From positions 42,368 through 106,367 of the forward strand of contig JAEYPR010000021.1 of assembly GCA_023410535.1 (NCBI GenBank): a DNA stretch of 64,000 bases. The letters are read 5' to 3'. The DNA is from Bacillota bacterium. Lineage in GTDB: Bacteria; Bacillota; UBA4882; UBA8346. Within the stretch, counting starts at the first letter, position 1. Each line of letters opens with the position of its first letter. Both the position numbers and the translations under genes were made by a program. Below the pieces are notes generated by a model that was not told the origin of the DNA, did not search any database, and saw only the letters and a list, made by a program, of their open reading frames with translations. Positions 1-9,898 of this stretch are shown one piece after another.

Positions 1-1445
1 AGGAACATCCCCCGTTCGCCGACTTCGGTTTCCAGTCCTTGTGGCAGCCGCTGGACAAAATCATAAGCATTAGCGGCTTTACAAGCCGCAATTACTTGTT
101 CCTTGGTAGCACGAGGATTGCCGTAAAGAATATTATCGCGAATGGTCCCGCTGAAGAGGATCGGATCTTGCAATACCATCCCGATATGGTCGCGTAGGGA
201 TTTTTGTTTGATCATCCGGAGATCATGACCGTCGATGGCAATGGTTCCGGAGTCCACATCAAAGAAACGCGGAATGAGGCTGACCAGCGTTGACTTACCC
301 GAACCGCTGTGTCCGACCAGCGCAATTTTTTGACCGGGTTCAACGATGAATTGAATGTTTTTCAGTATCGGTTCAGGTTTGGCGTAGGAAAAATAAACAT
401 TGTCAAATTGGATTTTGCCGGAGACCGATGACAATTGGATGGCATTGGGGTGGTCGTTAATATCCGGGTGCTCGTCAATGATTTCGAAGATTCGGTCTAA
501 GGCTGCCATCGAGCTGGAGTAGACCACGTTCAGCTCGGAGAAACGTTGTAACGGAAGATAGAGTGGGTTAAGATACATGCTCACCGCGACCAGCTCGCCG
601 ACGGTCAGCCGACCGTAAATGACTTGATAACCGCCATATAATGTAACAATTAAGGGCGCGAGGTTGGTCAACACCCCGGTGATGGTCTGGTTCATGCTTT
701 GAAAATAAACACTGCGCATGGTTGTGCTGAAAAGTTTTTCCGAGTCGCGCTGGAAATGTTCCTGTTCGCTTTTTTCTTGATTAAAAGCGCGTACCACTAC
801 ATTACCGGAGATCTTCTCCTGAATTGAGCCGGAGATGAATTCGATTTCACGCTGAATCTGGTGGCTGGATTGTTTCATTTGATCGCCGAGCCGCCGGTAG
901 AAAAAGATATACAGCGGGAAGGTTGCTAAAGCAATCAAGGTAAGCGAAAGGTCGATTTGGAAAAGAAAATAGAGTACAACCGTTAGGGAGATGCTGTCCA
1001 TCCAGACATTGGTCAGTGCGTTCCCAACCAGGTTTTGGGCGAGCGAGATGTCGCTGATCATCCGGGAGACGATTCCGCCGGATTTGTGACGTTGAAAAAA
1101 GGAGGCCGACATCCGCAAAATGCGATGATACAACTCGTAACGAAGATCAAACACCGAACGGTTACCGGCTTTGCCGGCATAAAAATGGCGGATGTAGGTT
1201 CCCGGCGCCCAAATTACTACAAAAGTCAGCATTAATCCGCCCACCGACCAATAAAGCTGGTGCATTTTCATGGTCACGGACAAATGAGGATTGAGATAGA
1301 CAGTATCCAGGAGATATTTGGTTACTTGGGGGATGAGTAAAGGAATCGTAAATTTGATAATCCCGCCGATCACCGCAGCCAAAACGTAATGCCAATACGG
1401 TTTGACATAGGCTAGAAAACGGCGGAAGTTGGATTGATGCTCCAT
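1..1445 (-). CDS. ABC exporter, fused permease + ATPase (MsbA/multidrug type); 3' end lies beyond the window edge
   Basis: Not in the ORF track. The reverse-complement frame is open from ATG at 1445 (MEHQSNFRRFLAYVKPYWHYVLAAV...) to position 1. It has a six-TM-like N-terminal half, then Walker A (LVGHSGSGKST) and ...DPILFSGTIRDNILYG. Confidence 0.85.
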   Translation of the reverse strand, partial: MEHQSNFRRFLAYVKPYWHYVLAAVIGGIIKFTIPLLIPQVTKYLLDTVYLNPHLSVTMKMHQLYWSVGGLMLTFVVIWAPGTYIRHFYAGKAGNRSVFDLRYELYHRILRMSASFFQRHKSGGIVSRMISDISLAQNLVGNALTNVWMDSISLTVVLYFLFQIDLSLTLIALATFPLYIFFYRRLGDQMKQSSHQIQREIEFISGSIQEKISGNVVVRAFNQEKSEQEHFQRDSEKLFSTTMRSVYFQSMNQTITGVLTNLAPLIVTLYGGYQVIYGRLTVGELVAVSMYLNPLYLPLQRFSELNVVYSSSMAALDRIFEIIDEHPDINDHPNAIQLSSVSGKIQFDNVYFSYAKPEPILKNIQFIVEPGQKIALVGHSGSGKSTLVSLIPRFFDVDSGTIAIDGHDLRMIKQKSLRDHIGMVLQDPILFSGTIRDNILYGNPRATKEQVIAACKAANAYDFVQRLPQGLETEVGERGMF

Positions 1446-1689
1446 AGTGAACCATCCTTAACTTTGTAAACGGCTTTTAGTAAAATTTTATCACCGAAAG
1501 GAACAGTTTAAAACCGACAACTATATTAAAAAATTCAGTGGCAACAACAACAATTCCAAGTTGATACGCTCCGAGGAATTTGCGATGTTGAAAAGTGTAT
1601 TATTCTCTACTAAAGTAGTGGAATGTCGCATTGTAATCATTTTGTAACAGAGGTTTAATATTAGAGGGAAGCGGAAATTTTAAGGAGGT

Positions 1690-2697
1690 ATGGTCGTGAG
1701 GAAGTGGGGAATTTTATTCATTGCTTGTATGCTATTCGTAACGGTTTTCAGCAGTTATGGAATGGGAGCTTCGAAAACATTAACGGTTTATTCGTCGCAC
1801 CCGGCGGATCTGATTAATTCAATTGTGAAAGAGTTTCAAGAACGGACGGGTATTACGGTGGATATTGTGGCCGCCGGAACCGGCGAATTATTAAAACGGG
1901 TCCAAGCTGAAAGTCAAAATCCGTTAGGTGATGTAGTTTGGGGCGGTGGCGCCGAGTCGCTGGATGCTTACAAACCGTATTTCCAAAAATACCAAACCGC
2001 CTCTGATAAGTTTATTACCAAAAACAACAAAGACAAAGAGTACCTATGGACGGGTTTCACCGGACTGCCAATGGTGATCATGTATAACAAAAAGCTGGTC
2101 AAAGCGGAAGACACTCCAAAAGGTTGGGCCGACCTGATCAATCCGAAGTTCAAAGGGAAGATTGCCTGTGCCGATCCGGCTAAATCCGGTTCTTCGTATA
2201 CAACCATCGTGACCATCCTGACTGCCTTTGGCAAAGACAACGGGAAGGGATGGGATTTTGTCGGGAAACTCATCAAAAACCTCGACGGTAAGATCTTATC
2301 CAGTTCGACCGCAGTTTATAAAGGGGTTGCCGACGGTGAATACAGCCTTGGATTGACCTATGAGGAAGCGGCCGCCAAATACATTAAAGCCGGCGCCGAT
2401 GTCGGGATTGTTTATCCGAAAGAAGGGACTTCGGCGGTTCCTGATGGTATGGCAATTATCAAAGGGACGAAAAACCTGGAAAATGCCAAAAAGTTCATGG
2501 ATTTTGTGGTGAGCAAGGATGTTCAGACCATTGTCTCGAAATCGCTGATGCGGCGCTCGGTCCGGTCCGATATTCCGGCTCCGGAAGGTTTGATCGACAT
2601 GAAAAAGATTAAATTGGTCAAATACGACTTTACCTTTGCTTCAGAGAAGAAAAATGATATTTTGGCGAAGTGGAAGGATTTAGTGATCGGCCGTTAA
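1690..2697 (+). CDS. ABC transporter substrate-binding protein (iron(III)/thiamine-type, family 1 SBP)
   Basis: Signal peptide followed by TLTVYSSHPADL...GTGELLKR..., typical of AfuA/FbpA-like binding proteins. RBS AAGGAGG at 1682; GTG at 1696 is an alternative start with better spacing. Confidence 0.7.
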   Translation: MVVRKWGILFIACMLFVTVFSSYGMGASKTLTVYSSHPADLINSIVKEFQERTGITVDIVAAGTGELLKRVQAESQNPLGDVVWGGGAESLDAYKPYFQKYQTASDKFITKNNKDKEYLWTGFTGLPMVIMYNKKLVKAEDTPKGWADLINPKFKGKIACADPAKSGSSYTTIVTILTAFGKDNGKGWDFVGKLIKNLDGKILSSSTAVYKGVADGEYSLGLTYEEAAAKYIKAGADVGIVYPKEGTSAVPDGMAIIKGTKNLENAKKFMDFVVSKDVQTIVSKSLMRRSVRSDIPAPEGLIDMKKIKLVKYDFTFASEKKNDILAKWKDLVIGR

Positions 2698-2752
2698 AAA
2701 AAGTAGTGGATTTTGGCAGCACAGCGATTGATTCTCGTTATATCATTGGATC

Positions 2753-2790
2753 ATATTAGGACATTTCTTCCCGTAGAAGTGTCCTAATAT
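2753..2790 (+). other. Intra-operon stem-loop between the SBP and ATPase genes
   Basis: Perfect 11-bp inverted repeat ATATTAGGACA / TGTCCTAATAT with a 16-nt loop. There is no U-tract, so it is more likely an mRNA stabiliser/attenuator than a full terminator. Confidence 0.5.
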
Positions 2791-2901
2791 AGTATTCATT
2801 TAAAACACCTTGCATTTTATCGACGAAATAAGTTGCACCGTTATTTGCGACGATTACGATAAATTGCAATTTTGCCATTAGCCGATAAGGAGTGTTGAAC
2901 T

Positions 2902-3993
2902 TTGAGTTATGATGTGGTCATCGATCAGGCGGTGAAACGGTATGGCGATTTTCAGGCCGTTGCCGGCGTTTCTTTTACAGTGAATAAAGGGGAATTCTTT
3001 ACCTTGCTTGGCCCGTCCGGTTGCGGTAAAACGACGTTGTTACGGATGATTGCCGGATTTAACCCGATCGACGGAGGGCGGATTTTATTTGATGATCAAG
3101 TGATGAATCCGGTCCCGGCTCATCAACGCAATACCGGAATGGTCTTTCAGAATTATGCCATCTTCCCTCACATGTCGGTCTTTGAGAATGTGGCTTATGG
3201 TCTGAAAGCACGAAAGCTAAGCCGGGTAGAACTGACACAACGGGTTGAAGAAGCGTTGGATCTGGTGCAAATTCGCCAATACTGTGACCGGCAGCCGTCA
3301 CAACTCTCCGGCGGACAGCAACAACGGGTCGCGTTGGCCCGGGCGGTGGTGATCCACCCCGGGGTCTTATTGATGGATGAGCCACTCAGCAATCTTGATG
3401 CGAAACTACGGGTGCAAATGCGGACGGTCATTAAAAAGTTGCAACGCAATTTGAATATTACCACGATTTATGTGACCCACGACCAGGAAGAGGCTTTGGC
3501 GATCTCCGACCGGATCGCGGTGATGAATCAAGGCCGGATTGAACAGATCGGCACTCCGCAAGCGATCTATCTCAACCCGGCAAGTCCGTTTGTGGCCGGG
3601 TTTATTGGAACATCGAACTTTCTCGAGGCGGAACGGGTCGGCGATAATTCCGATGGAACCGCCATAGTAGTTATCAACGGGCAGAAGCAGTTGCGCGTCC
3701 CGTTGACGGTGATGAAGTCCAAGGCCAAGATTGTGACCGTTTCCGCCCGCCCCGAGACGTTGGAACTTGGTCCGTTGCAAGAGGGCGAGTTGGCCGGAGA
3801 AATCGGGTTAGCCACTTTTTTGGGTGATTACATCAATTATGAAGTCGTTTTGACCAACGGTCAAACCGTCGAGGTAAATGAATATACCAAGGATACCCAG
3901 GCGATCAAAGCGATCGGGACCAAGGTGTCGGTAATTCTTAGGCCGGAATTGGTCCAAGTCTTCGCCGGAACGGCGAAGGAGGAAACTGCATGA
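2902..3993 (+). CDS. ABC transporter ATP-binding protein (FbpC/PotA-like, with C-terminal TOBE-like domain)
   Basis: Walker A GPSGCGKTT, signature LSGGQQQRVALARA, Walker B LLMDEPLS. TTG start 8 nt after AAGGAG. Confidence 0.85.
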   Translation: MSYDVVIDQAVKRYGDFQAVAGVSFTVNKGEFFTLLGPSGCGKTTLLRMIAGFNPIDGGRILFDDQVMNPVPAHQRNTGMVFQNYAIFPHMSVFENVAYGLKARKLSRVELTQRVEEALDLVQIRQYCDRQPSQLSGGQQQRVALARAVVIHPGVLLMDEPLSNLDAKLRVQMRTVIKKLQRNLNITTIYVTHDQEEALAISDRIAVMNQGRIEQIGTPQAIYLNPASPFVAGFIGTSNFLEAERVGDNSDGTAIVVINGQKQLRVPLTVMKSKAKIVTVSARPETLELGPLQEGELAGEIGLATFLGDYINYEVVLTNGQTVEVNEYTKDTQAIKAIGTKVSVILRPELVQVFAGTAKEETA

Positions 3994-5681
3994 AACATGC
4001 TGCGAATCCCGCTGAGAGAATGACGGTTTCAAAAGGTTTTGCTCTGCGACGTTGGGATTTTTGGTCGTTGATTACTGGCGGCGCCTTTATTGTCTTAGCC
4101 CTCTTTTTACTTTATCCGTTTTCATCATTGATCTGGCGTAGTTTTCTCACGGAATCGGGCCAGTTTACGTTCCAAAATTATCTGGACTTTTTCCGGCTTC
4201 CGTATTATTACCGGACGTTAACCAACAGTTTATCGGTTTGTGTTACCACGACCCTTTTGGCCACTGCCATCGGACTGCCCTTAGCCTACATCACTACCCG
4301 ATATAACATTTGGGGCAAAAAGTTGTTGAATCTGCTGATCATCATGTCGTTGTTATCGCCGCCGTTTATCGGGGCTTATTCCTGGATTTTGCTTTTGGGG
4401 CGGAGCGGCTTTCTGACGAAGTGGTTTCAGTCCATCGGAATCACGATGCCCCCAATTTACGGCTGGTTGGGGATTATCCTGGTCTTTACGCTCAAATTTT
4501 TCCCCTTTGTTTATTTATATGTCTCCGGCGCGTTAGGCAGCGTTGACCGTTCGCTGGAGGAAGCGGCTGAAAATCTCGGCGTCCATGGCTGGAAGCGGAT
4601 ACTTTCGATTACGTTTCCTTTGATCTTGCCGACGATTCTTTCCGGGGCGCTGATGGTGTTTATGAGTTCGTTGGCGGACTTCGGCACTCCGATGCTGATT
4701 GGCGAAGGCTTTAAGGTGCTCCCGGTTTTGGTCTACGAGGAATATATGAGTGAGATTGGCGGAAACGCCTCAGTGGCCAGCACTTTGAGTGTCCTGATCA
4801 TTCTTTGCGCCACTGCGGTATTGCTCTTCCAGAAATGGGTCATCACCCGCAAAAACTATACTATGAGCGCGCTACGACCCCCGGCAATCAAAACATTACC
4901 TCCCGGAATGCGGGTGTTATTGACCGCCGCTTGTTACGCCATTGCTTTGGTGGCGGTATTGCCGCAGGTAGTCGTAGTGGTTACTTCGTTTCTTAAGACC
5001 AACGGGCCGATCTTTGTCGCCGGGTTCAGCCTGGAGAGTTACGCGACGATCATGTATAAGTTATCGCATAACATCACCAATACCTTTCTTTATGCCACGA
5101 TCGCCATCGTAATCATGGTTTTGAGCGGCTTGATGCTGTCGTATGTGATTGTTCGACGCCGTTCCAAACGCACCGCGTTGCTCGATGTCTTGATTATGTT
5201 TCCGTATGTGGTTCCGGGAGCGGTGTTGGGCATTACGTTGTTGGTGGCTTTTAACCAACGTCCGCTTTTGCTCAGCGGAACCTGGTTCATCTTGGTGCTG
5301 GCTTATATCATTCGGAAACTTCCGTACACCATTCGTTCCAGCACGGCGATTCTTTATCAGATTGATCCCAGTATTGAAGAAGCCTCGATCAACTTAGGGG
5401 TTGCTCCAATGAAAACGTTCTTTAAGACTACCGCGGTCTTAATGATGCCCGGCGTCTTTTCGGGAGCGATTTTAAGTTGGATCACGACCATCAATGAGCT
5501 GAGCTCCAGTGTAATGTTGTACACCGGCAAAACCGCCACCATTTCGGTGGCAATCTACACTGAGGTCGTCCGGGCTAGCTTTGGAACAGCTGCGGCCTTG
5601 GCCGCGATTTTAACCTTTGCGACCATCATTTCCTTGTTGATCTTTTATAAGATTTCGGGTGGCAAAGAGGTTTCAATGTAA
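3990..5681 (+). CDS. ABC transporter permease, duplicated (two-domain) FbpB/ThiP type
   Basis: 563 aa with about 12 TM segments. Two EAA-like loops (SLEEAAENLG and SIEEASINLG). Start overlaps the ATPase stop (ATGA). Confidence 0.8.
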   Translation: MKHAANPAERMTVSKGFALRRWDFWSLITGGAFIVLALFLLYPFSSLIWRSFLTESGQFTFQNYLDFFRLPYYYRTLTNSLSVCVTTTLLATAIGLPLAYITTRYNIWGKKLLNLLIIMSLLSPPFIGAYSWILLLGRSGFLTKWFQSIGITMPPIYGWLGIILVFTLKFFPFVYLYVSGALGSVDRSLEEAAENLGVHGWKRILSITFPLILPTILSGALMVFMSSLADFGTPMLIGEGFKVLPVLVYEEYMSEIGGNASVASTLSVLIILCATAVLLFQKWVITRKNYTMSALRPPAIKTLPPGMRVLLTAACYAIALVAVLPQVVVVVTSFLKTNGPIFVAGFSLESYATIMYKLSHNITNTFLYATIAIVIMVLSGLMLSYVIVRRRSKRTALLDVLIMFPYVVPGAVLGITLLVAFNQRPLLLSGTWFILVLAYIIRKLPYTIRSSTAILYQIDPSIEEASINLGVAPMKTFFKTTAVLMMPGVFSGAILSWITTINELSSSVMLYTGKTATISVAIYTEVVRASFGTAAALAAILTFATIISLLIFYKISGGKEVSM

Positions 5682-5709
5682 AAGCACAAGTTTTCAAAGG
5701 AGCATCACG

Positions 5710-6455
5710 ATGCAAATTACTGATCTTCATACCCATACAACTTTTTCCGATGGCGACGGCCGCGTGGAACAGGTCATGGCAGCGGCGGAACGGAAAGGTT
5801 ACCGGCTTGGCATCTCCGATCATGTCTTTTGTTCCGAGATGACGGATTTTGACACGATCGATATATACTTTGATACCCTTCGCCACTATCCGGTATTGGT
5901 CGGAGTTGAGGCCAATATCGGGGATTTTACCCAATGGCCCGCCCGAATGGAAGCCAAGCTGGATTACGTGATTGCCAGTGTCCATTCCTTAATGTACCGC
6001 GGTAATCCCCTGATTCTCAGCCAATACTTCGGAGCCCGCGCCGGCCTCGCGATTATCGCTTGCCGTATGAGAAAACTGACAGTCAGTTGTTGTTGGAGAC
6101 GGCGTTAAGTATGATTGAGCGGACCTTTCAAGCGACCCGGGTTGATATTTTAGGTCATTGTACAGTATTGCCTTTTTATGAGGATCTGGTCGGCAGCAAG
6201 TTTTTGGCCGATTGGGAAGACGCCGTGATTGAATTGTGCCGGAAATACCGGGTGGCGATCGAAATCAGCGGTTTATGGAAAGAACCCGGTCCGGCGTTTA
6301 TCGCGAAAGCGTTGGCGGCGGAGGTTCAATTCGGCCTGGGAAGCGACTGCCACCGGCTGAACGAACTCTGTGACCTGGAATACCCTTTAAAGATGTTAAA
6401 ACAGTTCCCCATGATTCAAAAGCGTCTCTACCAACCGGATACGTTAAAAATCTGA
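5710..6455 (+). pseudogene. PHP-family phosphoesterase (histidinol-phosphatase-like), interrupted by a frameshift
   Basis: Motifs are split over two overlapping ORFs: DLHTHTTFSDG, GISDH, VGVEANI and ASVHS in 5710..6108; ILGHC, AIEISG and LGSDCH in the second frame, which is open from 6006. The frame change must lie in 6006..6108, near the GC-rich GGAGCCCGCGCCGGCCTCGCG. Confidence 0.7.
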
Positions 6456-6503
6456 TCGATGGTGAAGGTATTGCTTGAAACTTAACTATTTTTATAAGCT
6501 ATT

Positions 6504-6898
6504 ATGTCATTTATTGCGATTATCATCGTACCGTTGCTGGTTGCGGGCGTCATCACTTACGGCTTGCTTACCGAGATCGTCACGGGGAATGTGAGCCGTC
6601 TAGCCAATGACGGGGTTGGACGGATCAGTATGCGGCTGGACGGTATGGCGCAAGAACTGGGTGGTCTGATCAACCAGCTCAGCCAAGCCCCTCAAGTGCA
6701 ACGGCGATCGAGGATGAGACAGCTTTGAACTCCGGAAATATTGGAATTCAAAATGTCAACCGCCGGATCAAACTCTATTATGGAAACGAATATGGTCGCG
6801 TGATTGAAAGCCGGCGTAACCAAGGTACCAAAGTCCGGTTGCGATTGCCGGCGATTACCGAAAGGGCGAACCGGGATGCTGAAAGTAGCGGTAATTGA
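6504..6898 (+). pseudogene. Remnant of a YesM-type sensor histidine kinase (N-terminal TM segment plus extreme C-terminus of the ATPase domain only)
   Basis: 6504..6728 encodes a TM/sensor N-terminus (MSFIAIIIVPLLVAGVITYGLL...). A different frame (to TGA at 6896) encodes ...SGNIGIQNVNRRIKLYYGNEYGRVIESRRNQGTKVRLRLP, the last ~45 aa of a HATPase_c domain. HAMP, His-kinase and most of the ATPase domain (~450 aa) are absent. The remnant stop overlaps the start of the response regulator. Confidence 0.7.
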
Positions 6899-7664
6899 AG
6901 ATGAAAATCTGGCCCGTAAAGGGTTGATCCTCACCACCCCATGGGAGAAGCTTGGTTGCGAAGTGGTGGGAGAAGCGATCAACGGTCTTGAGGGACTGCG
7001 ATTGGTGAAACGATGCCAACCCGATATTGTACTGACCGACATCCGGATGTCGGGACTAAACGGCCTGAAAATGATCAGACGTCTCCGCCAAAGCTGCCAG
7101 GCCGAGTTTATCATCATTTCGGGTTACAGTGAGTTTGAATACGCGCAACAAGCGGTAAGTCTGGGAGTGAAGGAATATCTTTTGAAACCGGTCCGTCCTG
7201 AAAAGTTGCATCAAGTGATCCGCGGGGTGGTCCAGTCCATCCGCGAACAGAAGAATCTCCGTAAACTTCAGAACGGTTTGGAGAATGTCCAAGAAAGTAA
7301 AGTGATGTTGTTCAAGGAGTATCTACTCCGGGACGAAATCGACTGTAAGGAGCATTATGTCCGGTCGGCCATTGACTATATTCGTGTCAATTATCAGCGG
7401 AACATCAGTATCGCCGAGGTCGTCGGCCACCTGCATATCTGTAAGAGTTATCTGTTCCGGATCTTTAAGGCCGAGACCAATTATACGTTTATCGAATATC
7501 TCACATATTACCGAGTTAAAAAAGCGATTGAATTATTGAAGGATAAAACCGTGAAGATATATGAGATCGCCAATTTGGTCGGTTATAACGACTACCGTTA
7601 TTTTAGCGCGATTTTCAAACGTTATGTCGGACTGAATCCTTCGGAATTTAAAGGATTGAACTAG
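6876..7664 (+). CDS. Response regulator, receiver + AraC-type HTH (YesN-like)
   Basis: MLKVAVIEDE..., PDIVLTDIRMSGLNG (phospho-acceptor Asp present), YLLKP. C-terminal AraC HTH (YLFRIFKAETNYTFIEYLTYYRVKKAIELL...GYNDYRYFSAIFKRYVG). Confidence 0.85.
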   Translation: MLKVAVIEDENLARKGLILTTPWEKLGCEVVGEAINGLEGLRLVKRCQPDIVLTDIRMSGLNGLKMIRRLRQSCQAEFIIISGYSEFEYAQQAVSLGVKEYLLKPVRPEKLHQVIRGVVQSIREQKNLRKLQNGLENVQESKVMLFKEYLLRDEIDCKEHYVRSAIDYIRVNYQRNISIAEVVGHLHICKSYLFRIFKAETNYTFIEYLTYYRVKKAIELLKDKTVKIYEIANLVGYNDYRYFSAIFKRYVGLNPSEFKGLN

Positions 7665-7856
7665 TTCGACGGTTTTATTGTGTGGATCTCAATTTCTGAA
7701 ACTTCACTTTCGCTACGCTTCGGCTTCCGAATTCCCCAACCTACTCGTCAGCCCCATCGTTGAGTGTCAAGTATTGGATAAAGTATCCGGAAATCAAAGG
7801 AAAAACCGGGACCGGCCGCGAACTAATGGGCATAAAGTCGCAGAGGAGGGGCCGGT

Positions 7857-8123
7857 GTGTGGATTATGGTTGGCGCCGCTTGGTGTGAAAAATGCCAGCA
7901 AACCAAGGAATTACTGTTTGAAAAAGGCTTGTGGCAGATGGTGCATTATCTTGATTTTGAGACGGCGGAAGGGAAAAAAATAGCCGTTGAGTATGGGGCG
8001 GAACAAATACCTTTCTTTGTGGTCGACGGGGAATTGGTGGAGTATGTCGGTCAATTTCTACATATATTAACAGAACGGAAAATGAAGGAAGAATTGGCGA
8101 AAGAAGATGAAGCGAGGCAATGA
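7857..8123 (+). CDS. Glutaredoxin-like / thioredoxin-fold small protein
   Basis: CxxC motif WCEKC near the N-terminus and IPFFVVDGE later. GTG start 5 nt after GAGGAGG. Confidence 0.6.
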   Translation: MWIMVGAAWCEKCQQTKELLFEKGLWQMVHYLDFETAEGKKIAVEYGAEQIPFFVVDGELVEYVGQFLHILTERKMKEELAKEDEARQ

Positions 8124-8737
8124 AACAATGGCGCTGTAAAGTGTGCGGTTATATTGGAGTGGGAGAGACTCCGCCTGATGTCTGTCCGGTCTGCGGCGCC
8201 GGCGCCGCAGCGTTTGAGGAAGTGGCAGGCGCGGACCAAGCGGGCCCCGAACAACATCATCAGTTGCAACAGGTGCTTTTTCGCATACCTTGCGGTTTGT
8301 TTATGGTCAGTGCGGAGTTCGATGGGAAACCCAATGGGATGATTAATAATACTGTTTTTCAGATCACTGACGCTCCGGTGCAATTGCTACTTGGGATGGA
8401 CAAGCAACATTTAACAACCGAGCTGATCCAAAAAAGCCAGTCGTTTGCTGTGCACTTTTTAAATCCAGACCAGCTGGAACTGGTTAAACGGTTTGGATTC
8501 CAGTCCGGACGGGAGCTTGACAAGTTCATCGGATTGGATTGGCGCCCGGGCGAGACGGGAGCGCCGTTGCTGGCAACGGCTGAGGGTTACCTGGAATGCC
8601 GGATCCGTGCCGACAAGACAATCGATGCCGGAACCCATCTGGTTTTCTTGGGTGAAGTGGTCAAGGCAATCCTAAAGGAGCAGGTGCCGGTTTTAACCTA
8701 TCAAGAGTATCGTCAACGCAAGCAAGAACTCTGGTAG
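8120..8737 (+). CDS. Rubredoxin-type zinc-ribbon fused to a flavin reductase (FMN-binding split-barrel) domain
   Basis: N-terminus WRCKVCGY...CPVCG (two CxxC pairs), followed by a flavin-reductase-like domain (GLFMVSAEFDGKPNGMINNTVFQIT...). Start overlaps the upstream stop (ATGA). Confidence 0.7.
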   Translation: MKQWRCKVCGYIGVGETPPDVCPVCGAGAAAFEEVAGADQAGPEQHHQLQQVLFRIPCGLFMVSAEFDGKPNGMINNTVFQITDAPVQLLLGMDKQHLTTELIQKSQSFAVHFLNPDQLELVKRFGFQSGRELDKFIGLDWRPGETGAPLLATAEGYLECRIRADKTIDAGTHLVFLGEVVKAILKEQVPVLTYQEYRQRKQELW

Positions 8738-8890
8738 ACGCGGTAATCCGCGCTTTTTGACGACGCGTAGCCTATAATATAGGGTATAAAGATGAAACCG
8801 AATCGAAATCGAATCAACGAGGAATAGTTTTTTTGAATTTTAAACGAAACTTTTATGTAGCAATTTATTTTAAAATAAGGATCAACAATT

Positions 8891-9895
8891 ATGGCAGAGT
8901 TTATTACGTTGGGAATCGAATCGTCGTGTGACGATACTTCGGTGGCGGTGGTGGCCGATGGAAAGCGGATTTTGAGCAATGTCATCTCTTCGCAAGCGAA
9001 GCATGCCGCATTCGGCGGGGTCGTACCGGAGTTGGCGGCGCGTTGCCATTTGGAAGCGGTTTTACCCATTTACCAGATGGCGTTGGCCGAGGCCGGAATC
9101 GGTCTCGAGCAAGTGAATCTGGTGGCTGCAACCTACGGGCCGGGGTTGATCGGCAGTCTGTTGGTAGGTTTATCGTTCGCCAAAGGGTTGGCCTTGGGAA
9201 AGGGGCTTCCGTTCATCGGGGTCAACCATATTGAAGGGCATATTTATGCCAATGTGTTGGAGCGGCCGGAGGTTAAACCGCCATTCATCTGTTTAACTGT
9301 CTCCGGTGGTCATACCGACCTTTTATATATGGAGGATTGGGGTAGCTATCGGATTTTGGGACGGACTCGCGATGATGCTGCGGGCGAAGCATTTGACAAA
9401 GTAGCCCGGGTTTTGGGATTAGGTTATCCGGGTGGGCCGGTCATTGACAGGTTGGCCAAGGATGCTCCCGATGACTTGGAGTTTGTTCAACCGAAAGGGT
9501 TTGGGCAAAATTATGATTTTTCGTTTAGCGGTTTGAAGACGGCGGTCATTAACTATCTGCACCGTCAACAACAGTTGGAACTTACGGTTGATGCGGCACA
9601 TGTCGTCGCAAGCTTTCAGCGGCAAGCGGTGGAACAGTTGACTGCACGCTTGTTTAAGGCGGTCGATGCGCTGGCGGTCGGGACGGTGTTGCTCTCCGGC
9701 GGGGTTGCCGCCAATAGTAAACTACGGGAGCGCTGCCAGGCCGAGGCGGAACGCCGAGGGATTGCTTGTTATTTTCCACCGCTCAAGTTATGCACTGACA
9801 ATGCGGCGATGATTGCAGCGGCCGGATTTTTTTCGTATCGGGCCAAAGGCCCATCGGGACTGGAAATAACGGCTCAACCGGGCCTTTGTTTATAA
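8891..9895 (+). CDS. tsaD: tRNA N6-adenosine threonylcarbamoyltransferase
   Basis: ILGIESSCDDTSVAVV, GVNHIEGH, GGHT, GGVAANSKLR: Kae1/Gcp/TsaD signatures. 334 aa. Confidence 0.95.
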   Translation: MAEFITLGIESSCDDTSVAVVADGKRILSNVISSQAKHAAFGGVVPELAARCHLEAVLPIYQMALAEAGIGLEQVNLVAATYGPGLIGSLLVGLSFAKGLALGKGLPFIGVNHIEGHIYANVLERPEVKPPFICLTVSGGHTDLLYMEDWGSYRILGRTRDDAAGEAFDKVARVLGLGYPGGPVIDRLAKDAPDDLEFVQPKGFGQNYDFSFSGLKTAVINYLHRQQQLELTVDAAHVVASFQRQAVEQLTARLFKAVDALAVGTVLLSGGVAANSKLRERCQAEAERRGIACYFPPLKLCTDNAAMIAAAGFFSYRAKGPSGLEITAQPGLCL

Positions 9896-9898
9896 AAT

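Noticed and set aside
7678-7983. 101-aa ORF upstream of and overlapping the glutaredoxin-like gene
   Set aside because: No RBS, an Arg/Lys-rich low-complexity product, and overlap with a better-supported CDS in another frame.
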